Of a stretch of DNA of 64,000 nt, positions 1-12,685 are shown in pieces. Every line of letters begins with the position of its first letter. Position 1 is the first letter of the stretch. Under the pieces are notes generated by a model. It worked only from the letters and a program-made list of their open reading frames with translations, had not been told where the DNA came from and ran no database searches. Origin of the DNA: the human T2T-CHM13v2.0 reference genome, Homo sapiens; the NCBI RefSeq assembly GCF_009914755.1, contig NC_060942.1. One strand, given 5' to 3'. Position numbers and translations under genes: made by a program.

Positions 1-244
1 TCCCTTTGGTAGAGCAGGTTTGAAACACTCTTTTTGTATTATCTGGAAGTGGACATTTGGAGCGCTTTCAGGCCTATGTTGGAAAGGGAAATATCTTCCC
101 GTAACAACTAGGCAGAAGCATTCTCAGAAACTTATTTGAGATGTGTGGACTCAACTAAGAGAATTGAACCACCGTTTTGAAGGAGCAGTTTTGAAACACT
201 CTATTTCTGGAATCTGCAAGAGGATATTTGCCTAGCCTTGAGGA

Positions 245-261
245 TTTCGTTGGAAACGGGA
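245..261 (+). promoter_or_regulatory. CENP-B box (example; recurs every ~340 bp, six per 12-mer, roughly 185-190 positions in the window)
   Basis: tttcgttggaaacggga matches the 17-bp box YTTCGTTGGAARCGGGA. Dimer-specific versions tttcgttggaagcggga (A, C), tttcgctggaagcggga (B) and tttcgtgggaaacggga (D) all keep the core nTTCGnnnnAnnCGGGn. Confidence 0.95.
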
Positions 262-460
262 TTGTCTTCAGATCAAATCTAGACAGAAGCATTCTCAGAA
301 ACTTCTTTGGGATGTTTGCATTCAAGTCACAGAGTAGAACATTCCCTTTGGTAGAGCAGGTTTGAAACACTCTTTTTTTAGTATATGGAAGTGGACATTT
401 GGAGCGCTTTCAGGCCTACGTTGGAAAAGGAAATATCTTCCCATAACAACTAGACAGAAG

Positions 461-627
461 CATTCTCAGAAACTAGTTTCTGATGTGTGTCCTCAACTAA
501 CACAGTTGAACATTTCTTTAGACAGAACAGTTTTGAAACGCTCTTTTTGTGGAATCTGCAAGTGGATATTTGGCTAGTTTGGAGGATTTCGTTGGAAGCG
601 GGAATTCATACAAATTGCAGACTGCAG
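461..627 (+). repeat. F/A hybrid monomer defining a 1697-bp 10-mer variant (second copy at 3179-3345)
   Basis: Starts as F (ctagtttctg...gacagaacag) and ends as A (gtttggagg...gaattcatac). B-to-B distance 2718 = 1697+1021. Confidence 0.88.
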
Positions 628-1090
628 CGTTCTGAGAAACATCTTTGTGATGTTTGTATTCAGGACACAGAGTTGAACATTCCCTATCATAGAGCAGGTT
701 TGAATCACTCCTTTTGTAGTATCTGGAAGTGGACATTTGGAGCGCTTTCAGGCCTATGTTGGAAAAGGAAATATCTTCCCATAACAACTAGACAGAAGCA
801 TTCTCAGAAACTTATTTGAGATGTGTGTACTCAACTAAGAGAATTGAACCACCGTTTTGAAGGAGCAGTTTTGAAACACTCTTTTTCTGGAATCTGCAAG
901 TGGATATTTGGCTAGCTTTGGGGATTTCGCTGGAAGCGGGAATACATATAAAAAGCACACAGCAGCGTTCTGAGAAACTGCTTTCTGATGTTTGCATTCA
1001 AGTCAAAAGTTGAACACTCCCTTTCATAGAGCAGTCCTGAAACACTCCTTTTGTAGTATCTGGAACTGGACTTTTGGAGCGCTTTCAGGG

Positions 1091-1107
1091 CTAAGGTGAA
1101 AAAGGAA
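1091..1107 (+). promoter_or_regulatory. pJ-alpha-box-like motif in box-less (A-type) monomers (example; dimers B and F)
   Basis: ctaaggtgaaaaaggaa sits at the position homologous to the CENP-B box, one mismatch from the recalled pJ-alpha consensus CTAYGGTGRAAAAGGAA. Confidence 0.6.
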
Positions 1108-1815
1108 ATATCTTCCCATAAAAACTGGACAGAATCATTCTCAGAAACTTGTTTATGCTGTATCTACTCAACTAACATAGTTGAACCTTTCTTTTGATAG
1201 AGCAGTTTTGAAATGCTCTTTTTGTGGAATCTGCAAGTGGATATTTGGCTAGTTTTGAGGATTTCGTTGGAAGCGGGAATTCATACAAATTGCAGACTGC
1301 AGCGTTCTGAGAAACATCTTTGTGATGTTTGTATTCAGGACAGAGAGTTGAACATTCCCTATCATAGAGCAGGTTGGAATCACTCCTTTTGTAGTATCTG
1401 GAAGTGGACATTTGGAGCGCTTTCAGGCCTATGTTGAAAAAGGAAATATCTTCCCATAACAACTAGACACAAGCATTCTCAGAAACTTGTTTGTGATGTG
1501 TGCCCTCTACTGACAGAGTTGAACCTTTCTTTTCATAGAGCAGTTTTGAAACACTCTTTTTGTAGAATCTGCAAGAGGATATTTGCATAGCTTTGAGGAT
1601 TTCGTGGGAAACGGGATTGTCTTCAGGTAAAATCTAGACAGAAGCATTCTCAGAAACTTCTTTGGGATGTTTGCATTCAAGTCACAGAGTAGAACATTCC
1701 CTTTGGTAGAGCAGGTTTGAAACACTCTTTTTGTAGTATCTGGAAGTGGACATTTGGAGCGCTTTCAGGCCTATGTTGGAAAGGGAAATATCTTCCCGTA
1801 ACAACTAGGCAGAAG

Positions 1816-2836
1816 CATTCTCAGAAACTTATTTGAGATGTGTGTACTCAACTAAGAGAATTGAACCACCGTTTTGAAGGAGCAGTTTTGAAACACTCTT
1901 TTTCTGGAATCTGCAAGAGGATATTTGCCTAGCCTTGAGGATTTCGTTGGAAACGGGATTGTCTTCAGATCAAATCTAGACAGAAGCATTCTCAGAAACT
2001 TCTTTGGGATGTTTGCATTCAAGTCACAGAGTAGAACATTCCCTTTGGTAGAGCAGGTTTGAAACACTCTTTTTTTAGTATATGGAAGTGGACATTTGGA
2101 GCGCTTTCAGGCCTACGTTGGAAAAGGAAATATCTTCCCATAACAGCTAGACAGAAGCATTCTCAGAAACTAGTTTCTGATGTGTGTCCTCAACTAACAC
2201 AGTTGAACATTTCTTTAGACAGAACAGTTTTGAAACTCTCTTTTTGTGGAATCTGCAAGTGGCTATTTGGCTAGATTTGAGGATTTCGTTGGAAACGGGA
2301 TTACATATAAAAAGCAGTCAGCAGCATTCTCAGAAAGTTCTTTGTGATGATTGCATTCAAGTCACAGAATTGAACATTCCCTTTCACAGAGCAGGTTTGA
2401 AATACTCTTTTTTAGTGTGTGTAATTGGACATTTGGAGCACTTTCCGGCCTAAGGTGAAAAAGGAAATATCTTCCCATAAAAACTAGACAGAAGCATTCT
2501 CAGAAACTTACTCGTGATGTGTGTCCTCCACTAAATGAGTAGAACCTTTCTTTTCATAGAGAAGTTTTGAAACGCTCTTTTTGTAGAATCTGCAAGAGGA
2601 TATTTGCATAGCTTTGAGGATTTCGTGGGAAACGGGATTGTCTTCAGGTAAAATCTAGACAGAAGCATTCTGAGAAACTTCTTTGGGATGTTTGCATTCA
2701 AGTCACAGAGTAGAACATTCCCTTTGGTAGAGCAGGTTTGAAACACTCTTTTTGTATTATCTGGAAGTGGACATTTGGAGCGCTTTCAGGCCTATGTTGG
2801 AAAGGGAAATATCTTCCCGTAACAACTAGGCAGAAG
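1816..2836 (+). repeat. 6-mer HOR variant (E-F-A/D hybrid, 1021 bp)
   Basis: The monomer at 2495 starts as A (cttactcgtg...gaagttttgaaacg) and continues as D (tagaatctgcaagagg...ttcgtgggaaac). Hybrids occur at 2495, 5213, 8269, 19465, 24558 and 29651. Interval sums agree, e.g. 3056 = 2035+1021. Confidence 0.9.
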
Positions 2837-5800
2837 CATTCTCAGAAACTTATTTGAGATGTGTGGACTCAACTAAGAGAATTGAACCACCGTTTTGAAG
2901 GAGCAGTTTTGAAACACTCTATTTCTGGAATCTGCAAGAGGATATTTGCCTAGCCTTGAGGATTTCGTTGGAAACGGGATTGTCTTCAGATCAAATCTAG
3001 ACAGAAGCATTCTCAGAAACTTCTTTGGGATGTTTGCATTCAAGTCACAGAGTAGAACATTCCCTTTGGTAGAGCAGGTTTGAAACACTCTTTTTTTAGT
3101 ATATGGAAGTGGACATTTGGAGCGCTTTCAGGCCTACGTTGGAAAAGGAAATATCTTCCCATAACAACTAGACAGAAGCATTCTCAGAAACTAGTTTCTG
3201 ATGTGTGTCCTCAACTAACACAGTTGAACATTTCTTTAGACAGAACAGTTTTGAAACGCTCTTTTTGTGGAATCTGCAAGTGGATATTTGGCTAGTTTGG
3301 AGGATTTCGTTGGAAGCGGGAATTCATACAAATTGCAGACTGCAGCGTTCTGAGAAACATCTTTGTGATGTTTGTATTCAGGACACAGAGTTGAACATTC
3401 CCTATCATAGAGCAGGTTTGAATCACTCCTTTTGTAGTATCTGGAAGTGGACATTTGGAGCGCTTTCAGGCCTATGTTGGAAAAGGAAATATCTTCCCAT
3501 AACAACTAGACAGAAGCATTCTCAGAAACTTATTTGAGATGTGTGTACTCAACTAAGAGAATTGAACCACCGTTTTGAAGGAGCAGTTTTGAAACACTCT
3601 TTTTCTGGAATCTGCAAGTGGATATTTGGCTAGCTTTGGGGATTTCGCTGGAAGCGGGAATACATATAAAAAGCACACAGCAGCGTTCTGAGAAACTGCT
3701 TTCTGATGTTTGCATTCAAGTCAAAAGTTGAACACTCCCTTTCATAGAGCAGTCCTGAAACACTCCTTTTGTAGTATCTGGAACTGGACTTTTGGAGCGC
3801 TTTCAGGGCTAAGGTGAAAAAGGAAATATCTTCCCATAAAAACTGGACAGAATCATTCTCAGAAACTTGTTTATGCTGTATCTACTCAACTAACATAGTT
3901 GAACCTTTCTTTTGATAGAGCAGTTTTGAAATGCTCTTTTTGTGGAATCTGCAAGTGGATATTTGGCTAGTTTTGAGGATTTCGTTGGAAGCGGGAATTC
4001 ATACAAATTGCAGACTGCAGCGTTCTGAGAAACATCTTTGTGATGTTTGTATTCAGGACAGAGAGTTGAACATTCCCTATCATAGAGCAGGTTGGAATCA
4101 CTCCTTTTGTAGTATCTGGAAGTGGACATTTGGAGCGCTTTCAGGCCTATGTTGAAAAAGGAAATATCTTCCCATAACAACTAGACACAAGCATTCTCAG
4201 AAACTTGTTTGTGATGTGTGCCCTCTACTGACAGAGTTGAACCTTTCTTTTCATAGAGCAGTTTTGAAACACTCTTTTTGTAGAATCTGCAAGAGGATAT
4301 TTGCATAGCTTTGAGGATTTCGTGGGAAACGGGATTGTCTTCAGGTAAAATCTAGACAGAAGCATTCTCAGAAACTTCTTTGGGATGTTTGCATTCAAGT
4401 CACAGAGTAGAACATTCCCTTTGGTAGAGCAGGTTTGAAACACTCTTTTTGTAGTATCTGGAAGTGGACATTTGGAGCGCTTTCAGGCCTATGTTGGAAA
4501 GGGAAATATCTTCCCGTAACAACTAGGCAGAAGCATTCTCAGAAACTTATTTGAGATGTGTGTACTCAACTAAGAGAATTGAACCACCGTTTTGAAGGAG
4601 CAGTTTTGAAACACTCTTTTTCTGGAATCTGCAAGAGGATATTTGCCTAGCCTTGAGGATTTCGTTGGAAACGGGATTGTCTTCAGATCAAATCTAGACA
4701 GAAGCATTCTCAGAAACTTCTTTGGGATGTTTGCATTCAAGTCACAGAGTAGAACATTCCCTTTGGTAGAGCAGGTTTGAAACACTCTTTTTTTAGTATA
4801 TGGAAGTGGACATTTGGAGCGCTTTCAGGCCTACGTTGGAAAAGGAAATATCTTCCCATAACAACTAGACAGAAGCATTCTCAGAAACTAGTTTCTGATG
4901 TGTGTCCTCAACTAACACAGTTGAACATTTCTTTAGACAGAACAGTTTTGAAACTCTCTTTTTGTGGAATCTGCAAGTGGCTATTTGGCTAGATTTGAGG
5001 ATTTCGTTGGAAACGGGATTACATATAAAAAGCAGTCAGCAGCATTCTCAGAAAGTTCTTTGTGATGATTGCATTCAAGTCACAGAATTGAACATTCCCT
5101 TTCACAGAGCAGGTTTGAAATACTCTTTTTTAGTGTGTGTAATTGGACATTTGGAGCACTTTCCGGCCTAAGGTGAAAAAGGAAATATCTTCCCATAAAA
5201 ACTAGACAGAAGCATTCTCAGAAACTTACTCGTGATGTGTGTCCTCCACTAAATGAGTAGAACCTTTCTTTTCATAGAGAAGTTTTGAAACGCTCTTTTT
5301 GTAGAATCTGCAAGAGGATATTTGCATAGCTTTGAGGATTTCGTGGGAAACGGGATTGTCTTCAGGTAAAATCTAGACAGAAGCATTCTGAGAAACTTCT
5401 TTGGGATGTTTGCATTCAAGTCACAGAGTAGAACATTCCCTTTGGTAGAGCAGGTTTGAAACACTCTTTTTGTATTATCTGGAAGTGGACATTTGGAGCG
5501 CTTTCAGGCCTATGTTGGAAAGGGAAATATCTTCCCGTAACAACTAGGCAGAAGCATTCTCAGAAACTTATTTGAGATGTGTGTACTCAACTAAGAGAAT
5601 TGAACCACCGTTTTGAAGGAGCAGTTTTGAAACACTCTTTTTCTGGAATCTGCAAGAGGATATTTGCCTAGCCTTGAGGATTTCGTTGGAAACGGGATTG
5701 TCTTCAGATCAAATCTAGACAGAAGCATTCTCAGAAACTTCTTTGGGATGTTTGCATTCAAGTCACAGAGTAGAACATTCCCTTTGGTAGAGCAGGTTTG

Positions 5801-8800
5801 AAACACTCTTTTTTTAGTATATGGAAGTGGACATTTGGAGCGCTTTCAGGCCTACGTTGGAAAAGGAAATATCTTCCCATAACAACTAGACAGAAGCATT
5901 CTCAGAAACTAGTTTCTGATGTGTGTCCTCAACTAACACAGTTGAACATTTCTTTAGACAGAACAGTTTTGAAACTCTCTTTTTGTGGAATCTGCAAGTG
6001 GCTATTTGGCTAGATTTGAGGATTTCGTTGGAAACGGGATTACATATAAAAAGCAGACAGCAGCATTCTCAGAAAGTTCTTTGTGATGATTGCATTCAAG
6101 TCACAGAATTGAACATTCCCTTTCACAGAGCAGGTTTGAAACACTCTTTTTATAGTGTGTGTAAGTGGACATTTGGAGCACTTTCCGGCCTAAGGTGAAA
6201 AAGGAAATATCTTCCCATAAAAACTAGACAGAAGCATTCTCAGAAACTTACTCGTGATGTGTGTCCTCAACTAAAGGAGTAGAACCTTTGTTTTCATAGA
6301 GAAGTTTTGAAACGCTCTTTTTGTGGAATCTGCAAGTGGATATTTGGCTAGTTTGGAGGATTTCGTTGGAAGCGGGAATTCATACAAATTGCAGACTGCA
6401 GCGTTCTGAGAAACATCTTTGTGATGTTTGTATTCAGGACACAGAGTTGAACATTCCCTATCATAGAGCAGGTTGGAATCACTCCTTTTGTAGTATCTGG
6501 AAGTGGACATTTGGAGCGCTTTCAGGCCTATTTTGGAAAAGGAAATATCTTCCCATAACAACTAGACAGAAGCATTCTCAGAAACTTATTTGAGATGTGT
6601 GTACTCAACTAAGAGAATTGAACCACCGTTTTGAAGGAGCAGTTTTGAAACACTCTTTTTCTGGAATCTGCAAGTGGATATTTGGCTAGCTTTGGGGATT
6701 TCGCTGGAAGCGGGAATACATATAAAAAGCACACAGCAGCGTTCTGAGAAACTGCTTTCTGATGTTTGCATTCAAGTCAAAAGTTGAACACTCCCTTTCA
6801 TAGAGCAGTCCTGAAACACTCCTTTTGTAGTATCTGGAACTGGACTTTTGGAGCGCTTTCAGGGCTAAGGTGAAAAAGGAAATATCTTCCCATAAAAACT
6901 GGACAGAAGCATTCTCAGAAACTTGTTTATGCTGTATCTACTCAACTAACATAGTTGAACCTTTCTTTTGATAGAGCAGTTTTGAAATGCTCTTTTTGTG
7001 GAATCTGCAAGTGGATATTTGGCTAGTTTTGAGGATTTCGTTGGAAGCGGGAATTCATACAAATTGCAGACTGCAGCGTTCTGAGAAACATCTTTGTGAT
7101 GTTTGTATTCAGGACAGAGAGTTGAACATTCCCTATCATAGAGCAGGTTGGAATCACTCCTTTTGTAGTATCTGGAAGTGGACATTTGGAGCGCTTTCAG
7201 GCCTATGTTGAAAAAGGAAATATCTTCCCATAACAACTAGACACAAGCATTCTCAGAAACTTGTCTGTGATGTGTGCCCTCTACTGACAGAGTTGAACCT
7301 TTCTTTTCATAGAGCAGTTTTGAAACACTCTTTTTGTAGAATCTGCAAGAGGATATTTGCATAGCTTTGAGGATTACGTGGGAAACGGGATTGTCTTCAG
7401 GTAAAATCTAGACAGAAGCATTCTCAGAAACTTCTTTGGGATGTTTGCATTCAAGTCAAAGAGTAGAACATTCCCTTTGGTAGAGTAGGTTTGAAACACT
7501 CTTTTTGTAGTATCTGGAAGTGGACATTTGGAGCGCTTTCAGGCCTATGTTGGAAAGGGAAATATCTTCCCGTAACAACTAGGCAGAAGCATTCTCAGAA
7601 ACTTATTTGAGATGTGTGTACTCAACTAAGAGAATTGAACCACCGTTTTGAAGGAGCAGTTTTGAAACACTCTTTTTCTGGAATCTGCAAGAGGATATTT
7701 GCCTAGCCTTGAGGATTTCGTTGGAAACGGGATTGTCTTCAGATCAAATCTAGACAGAAGCATTCTCAGAAACTTCTTTGGGATGTTTGCATTTAAGTCA
7801 CAGAGTAGAACATTCCGTTTGGTAGAGCAGGTTTGAAACACTCTTTTTTTAGTATATGGAAGTGGACATTTGGAGCGCATTCAGGCCTACGTTGGAAAAG
7901 GAAATATCTTCCCATAACAACTAGACAGAAGCATTCTCAGAAACTAGTTTCTGATGTGTGTCCTCAACTAACACAGTTGCACATTTCTTTAGACAGAACA
8001 GTTTTGAAACACTCTTTTTGTGGAATCTGCAAGTGGCTATTTGGCTAGATTTGAGGATTTCGTTGGAAACGGGATTACATATAAAAAGCAGTCAGCAGCA
8101 TTCTCAGAAAGTTCTTTGTGATGATTGCATTCAAGTCACAGAATTGAACATTCCCTTTCACAGAGCAGGTTTGAAATACTCTTTTTTAGTGTGTGTAATT
8201 GGACATTTGGAGCACTTTCCGGCCTAAGGTGAAAAAGGAAATATCTTCCCATAAAAACTAGACAGAAGCATTCTCAGAAACTTACTCGTGATGTGTGTCC
8301 TCCACTAAATGAGTAGAACCTTTCTTTTCATAGAGAAGTTTTGAAACGCTCTTTTTGTAGAATCTGCAAGAGGATATTTGCATAGCTTTGAGGATTTCGT
8401 GGGAAACGGGATTGTCTTCAGGTAAAATCTAGACAGAAGCATTCTGAGAAACTTCTTTGGGATGTTTGCATTCAAGTCACAGAGTAGAACATTCCCTTTG
8501 GTAGAGCAGGTTTGAAACACTCTTTTTGTATTATCTGGAAGTGGACATTTGGAGCGCTTTCAGGCCTATGTTGGAAAGGGAAATATCTTCCCGTAACAAC
8601 TAGGCAGAAGCATTCTCAGAAACTTATTTGAGATGTGTGTACTCAACTAAGAGAATTGAACCACCGTTTTGAAGGAGCAGTTTTGAAACACTCTTTTTCT
8701 GGAATCTGCAAGAGGATATTTGCCTAGCCTTGAGGATTTCGTTGGAAACGGGATTGTCTTCAGATCAAATCTAGACAGAAGCATTCTCAGAAACTTCTTT

Positions 8801-9290
8801 GGGATGTTTGCATTCAAGTCACAGAGTAGAACATTCCCTTTGGTAGAGCAGGTTTGAAACACTCTTTTTTTAGTATATGGAAGTGGACATTTGGAGCGCT
8901 TTCAGGCCTACGTTGGAAAAGGAAATATCTTCCCATAACAACTAGACAGAAGCATTCTCAGAAACTAGTTTCTGATGTGTGTCCTCAACTAACACAGTTG
9001 AACATTTCTTTAGACAGAACAGTTTTGAAACACTCTTTTTGTGGTATCTGCAAGTGGCTATTTGGCTAGATTTGAGGATTTCGTTGGAAACGGGATTACA
9101 TATAAAAAGCAGACAGCAGCATTCTCAGAAACTTCTTTGTGATGATTGCATTCAAGTCACAGTATTGAACATTCCCTTTCACAGAGCAGGTTTGAAACAC
9201 TCTTTGTATAGTGTGTGTAAGTGGACATTTGGAGCACTTTCCGGCCTAAGGTGAAAAAGGAAATATCTTCCCATAAAAACTAGACAGAAG

Positions 9291-10650
9291 CATTCTCAGA
9301 AACTTACTCGTGATGTGTGTCCTCAACTAAAGAAGTAGAACCTTTCTTTTCATAGATAAGTTTTGAAACGCTCTTTTTGTGGAATCTGCAAGTGGATATT
9401 TGGCTAGTTTTGAGGATTTCGTTGGAAGCGGGAATTCATACAAATTGCAGACTGCAGCGTTCTGAGAAACATCTTTGTGATGTTTGTATTCAGGACACAG
9501 AGTTGAACATTCCCTATCATAGAGCAGGTTGGAATCACTCCTTTTGTAGTATCTGGAAGTGGACATTTGGAGCGCTTTCAGGCCTATGTTGAAAAAGGAA
9601 ATATCTTCCCATAACAACTAGACACAAGCATTCTCAGAAACTTGTTTGTGATGTGTGCCCTCTACTGACAGAGTTGAACCTTTCTTTTCATAGAGCAGTT
9701 TTGAAACACTCTTTTTGTAGAATCTGCAAGAGGATATTTGCATAGCTTTGAGGATTTCGTGGGAAACGGGATTGTCTTCAGGTAAAATCTAGACAGAAGC
9801 ATTCTCAGAAACTTCTTTGGGATGTTTGCATTCAAGTCACAGAGTAGAACATTCCCTTTGGTAGAGCAGGTTTGAAACACTCTTTTTGTAGTATCTGGAA
9901 GTGGACATTTGGAGCGCTTTCAGGCCTATGTTGGAAAGGGAAATATCTTCCCGTAACAACTAGGCAGAAGCATTCTCAGAAACTTATTTGAGATGTGTGT
10001 ACTCAACTAAGAGAATTGAACCACCGTTTTGAAGGAGCAGTTTTGAAACACTCTTTTTCTGGAATCTGCAAGAGGATATTTGCCTAGCCTTGAGGATTTC
10101 ATTGGAAACGGGATTGTCTTCAGATCAAATCTAGACAGAAGCATTCTCAGAAACTTCTTTGGGATGTTTGCATTCAAGTCACAGAGTAGAACATTCCCTT
10201 TGGTAGAGCAGGTTTGAAACACTCTTTTTTTAGTATATGGAAGTGGACATTTGGAGCGCTTTCAGGCCTACGTTGGAAAAGGAAATATCTTCCCATAACA
10301 ACTAGACAGAAGCATTCTCAGAAACTAGTTTCTGATGTGTGTCCTCAACTAACACAGTTGAACATTTCTTTAGACAGAACAGTTTTGAAAGTCTCTTTTT
10401 GTGGAATCTGCAAGTGGCTATTTGGCTAGATTTGAGGATTTCGTTGGAAACGGGATTACATATAAAAAGCAGACAGCAGCATTCTCAGAAAGTTCTTTGT
10501 GATGATTGCATTCAAGTCACAGAATTGAACATTCCCTTTCACAGAGCAGGTTTGAAACACTCTTTTTATAGTGTGTGTAAGTGGACATTTGGAGCACTTT
10601 CCGGCCTAAGGTGAAAAAGGAAATATCTTCCCATAAAAACTAGACAGAAG
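9291..10650 (+). repeat. 8-mer HOR variant (A/C-D-E-F, 1360 bp); also 16414-17773
   Basis: An A start is followed by a C-type second monomer (ttgaaaaagg...gacacaagc), skipping B. 4416 = 2035+1021+1360. Confidence 0.9.
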
Positions 10651-12685
10651 CATTCTCAGAAACTTACTCGTGATGTGTGTCCTCAACTAAAGGAGTAGAA
10701 CCTTTGTTTTCATAGAGAAGTTTTGAAACGCTCTTTTTGTGGAATCTGCAAGTGGATATTTGGCTAGTTTGGAGGATTTCGTTGGAAGCGGGAATTCATA
10801 CAAATTGCAGACTGCAGCGTTCTGAGAAACATCTTTGTGATGTTTGTATTCAGGACACAGAGTTGAACATTCCCTATCATAGAGCAGGTTTGAATCACTC
10901 CTTTTGTAGTATCTGGAAGTGGACATTTGGAGCGCTTTCAGGCCTATGTTGGAAAAGGAAATATCTTCCCATAACAACTAGACAGAAGCATTCTCAGAAA
11001 CTTATTTGAGATGTGTGTACTCAACTAAGAGAATTGAACCACCGTTTTGAAGGAGCAGTTTTGAAACACTCTTTTTCTGGAATCTGCAAGTGGATATTTG
11101 GCTAGCTTTGGGGATTTCGCTGGAAGCGGGAATACATATAAAAAGCACACAGCAGCGTTCTGAGAAACTGCTTTCTGATGTTTGCATTCAAGTCAAAAGT
11201 TGAACACTCCCTTTCATAGAGCAGTCCTGAAACACTCCTTTTGTAGTATCTGGAACTGGACTTTTGGAGCGCTTTCAGGGCTAAGGTGAAAAAGGAAATA
11301 TCTTCCCATAAAAACTGGACAGAAGCATTCTCAGAAACTTGTTTATGCTGTATCTACTCTACTAAAAAAGTTGAACCTTTCTTTTGATAGAGCAGTTTTG
11401 AAATGCTCTTTTTGTGGAATCTGCAAGTGGATATTTGGCTAGATTTGAGGATTTCGTTGGAAGCTGGAATACATACAAATTGCAGACTGCAGCGTTCTGA
11501 GAAACATCTTTGTGATGTTTGTATTCAGGACACAGAGTTGAACATTCCCTATCATAGAGCAGGTTGGAATCACTCCTTTTGTAGTATCTGGAAGTGGACA
11601 TTTGGAGCGCTTTCAGGCCTATGTTGAAAAAGGAAATATCTTCCCATAACAACTAGACACAAGCATTCTCAGAAACTTGTTTGTGATGTGTGCCCTCTAC
11701 TGACAGAGTTGAACCTTTCTTTTCATAGAGCAGTTTTGAAACACTCTTTTTGTAGAATCTGCAAGAGGATATTTGCATAGCTTTGAGGATTTCGTGGGAA
11801 ACGGGATTGTCTTCAGGTAAAATCTAGACAGAAGCATTCTCAGAAACTTCTTTGGGATGTTTGCATTCAAGTCACAGAGTAGAACATTCCCTTTGGTAGA
11901 GCAGGTTTGAAACACTCTTTTTGTAGTATCTGGAAGTGGACATTTGGAGCGCTTTCAGGCCTATGTTGGAAAGGGAAATATCTTCCCGTAACAACTAGGC
12001 AGAAGCATTCTCAGAAACTTATTTGAGATGTGTGTACTCAACTAAGAGAATTGAACCACCGTTTTGAAGGAGCAGTTTTGAAACACTCTTTTTCTGGAAT
12101 CTGCAAGAGGATATTTGCCTAGCCTTGAGGATTTCGTTGGAAACGGGATTGTCTTCAGATCAAATCTAGACAGAAGCATTCTCAGAAACTTCTTTGGGAT
12201 GTTTGCATTCAAGTCACAGAGTAGAACATTCCCTTTGGTAGAGCAGGTTTGAAACACTCTTTTTTTAGTATATGGAAGTGGACATTTGGAGCGCTTTCAG
12301 GCCTACGTTGGAAAAGGAAATATCTTCCCATAACAACTAGACAGAAGCATTCTCAGAAACTAGTTTCTGATGTGTGTCCTCAACTAACACAGTTGAACAT
12401 TTCTTTAGACAGAACAGTTTTGAAACTCTCTTTTTGTGGAATCTGCAAGTGGATATTTGGCTAGATTTGAGGATTTCGTTGGAAACGGGATTACATATAA
12501 AAAGCAGACAGCAGCATTCTCAGAAAGTTCTTTGTGATGATTGCATTCAAGTCACAGAATTGAACATTCCCTTTCACAGAGCAGGTTTGAAACACTCTTT
12601 TTGTAGTGTGTGTAAGTGGACATTTGGAGCACTTTCCGGCCTAAGGTGAAAAAGGAAATATCTTCCCATAAAAACTAGACAGAAG
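10651..12685 (+). repeat. Canonical 12-mer HOR unit (dimers A-B-C-D-E-F, 2035 bp); next copy 12686-14720
   Basis: Monomer lengths 167+171+167+170+167+171+171+171+171+171+167+171 = 2035. The ORF track repeats at 11002, 13037 and 15072. Other plain 12-mer B-to-B intervals start at 20840, 25933, 31026, 33061 (2034 bp, 1-bp deletion), 38485, 42213, 49331 and 59510. Confidence 0.95.

Larger units (their letters stand above)
1..5560 (+). repeat. 2718-bp (16-monomer) tandem super-repeat, at least 2 copies
   Basis: 1-2718 is nearly identical to 2719-5436. Shared private variants include gtgtggactc (~146/2864), ctatttctgg (~201/2919) and agaatcattc (1131/3849). Confidence 0.92.

Noticed and set aside
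121-129. ttctcagaa / ttctgagaa dyad matching the STAT GAS motif TTCNNNGAA in nearly every monomer
   Set aside because: It is part of the general alpha-satellite consensus, is not specific to this window, and nothing in the sequence supports binding.
945-955. TATA-like catataaaaag in B1 and F1 monomers
   Set aside because: It is a short AT-rich motif within a repeat with no other promoter evidence. Centromeric transcription start sites cannot be inferred from sequence alone.
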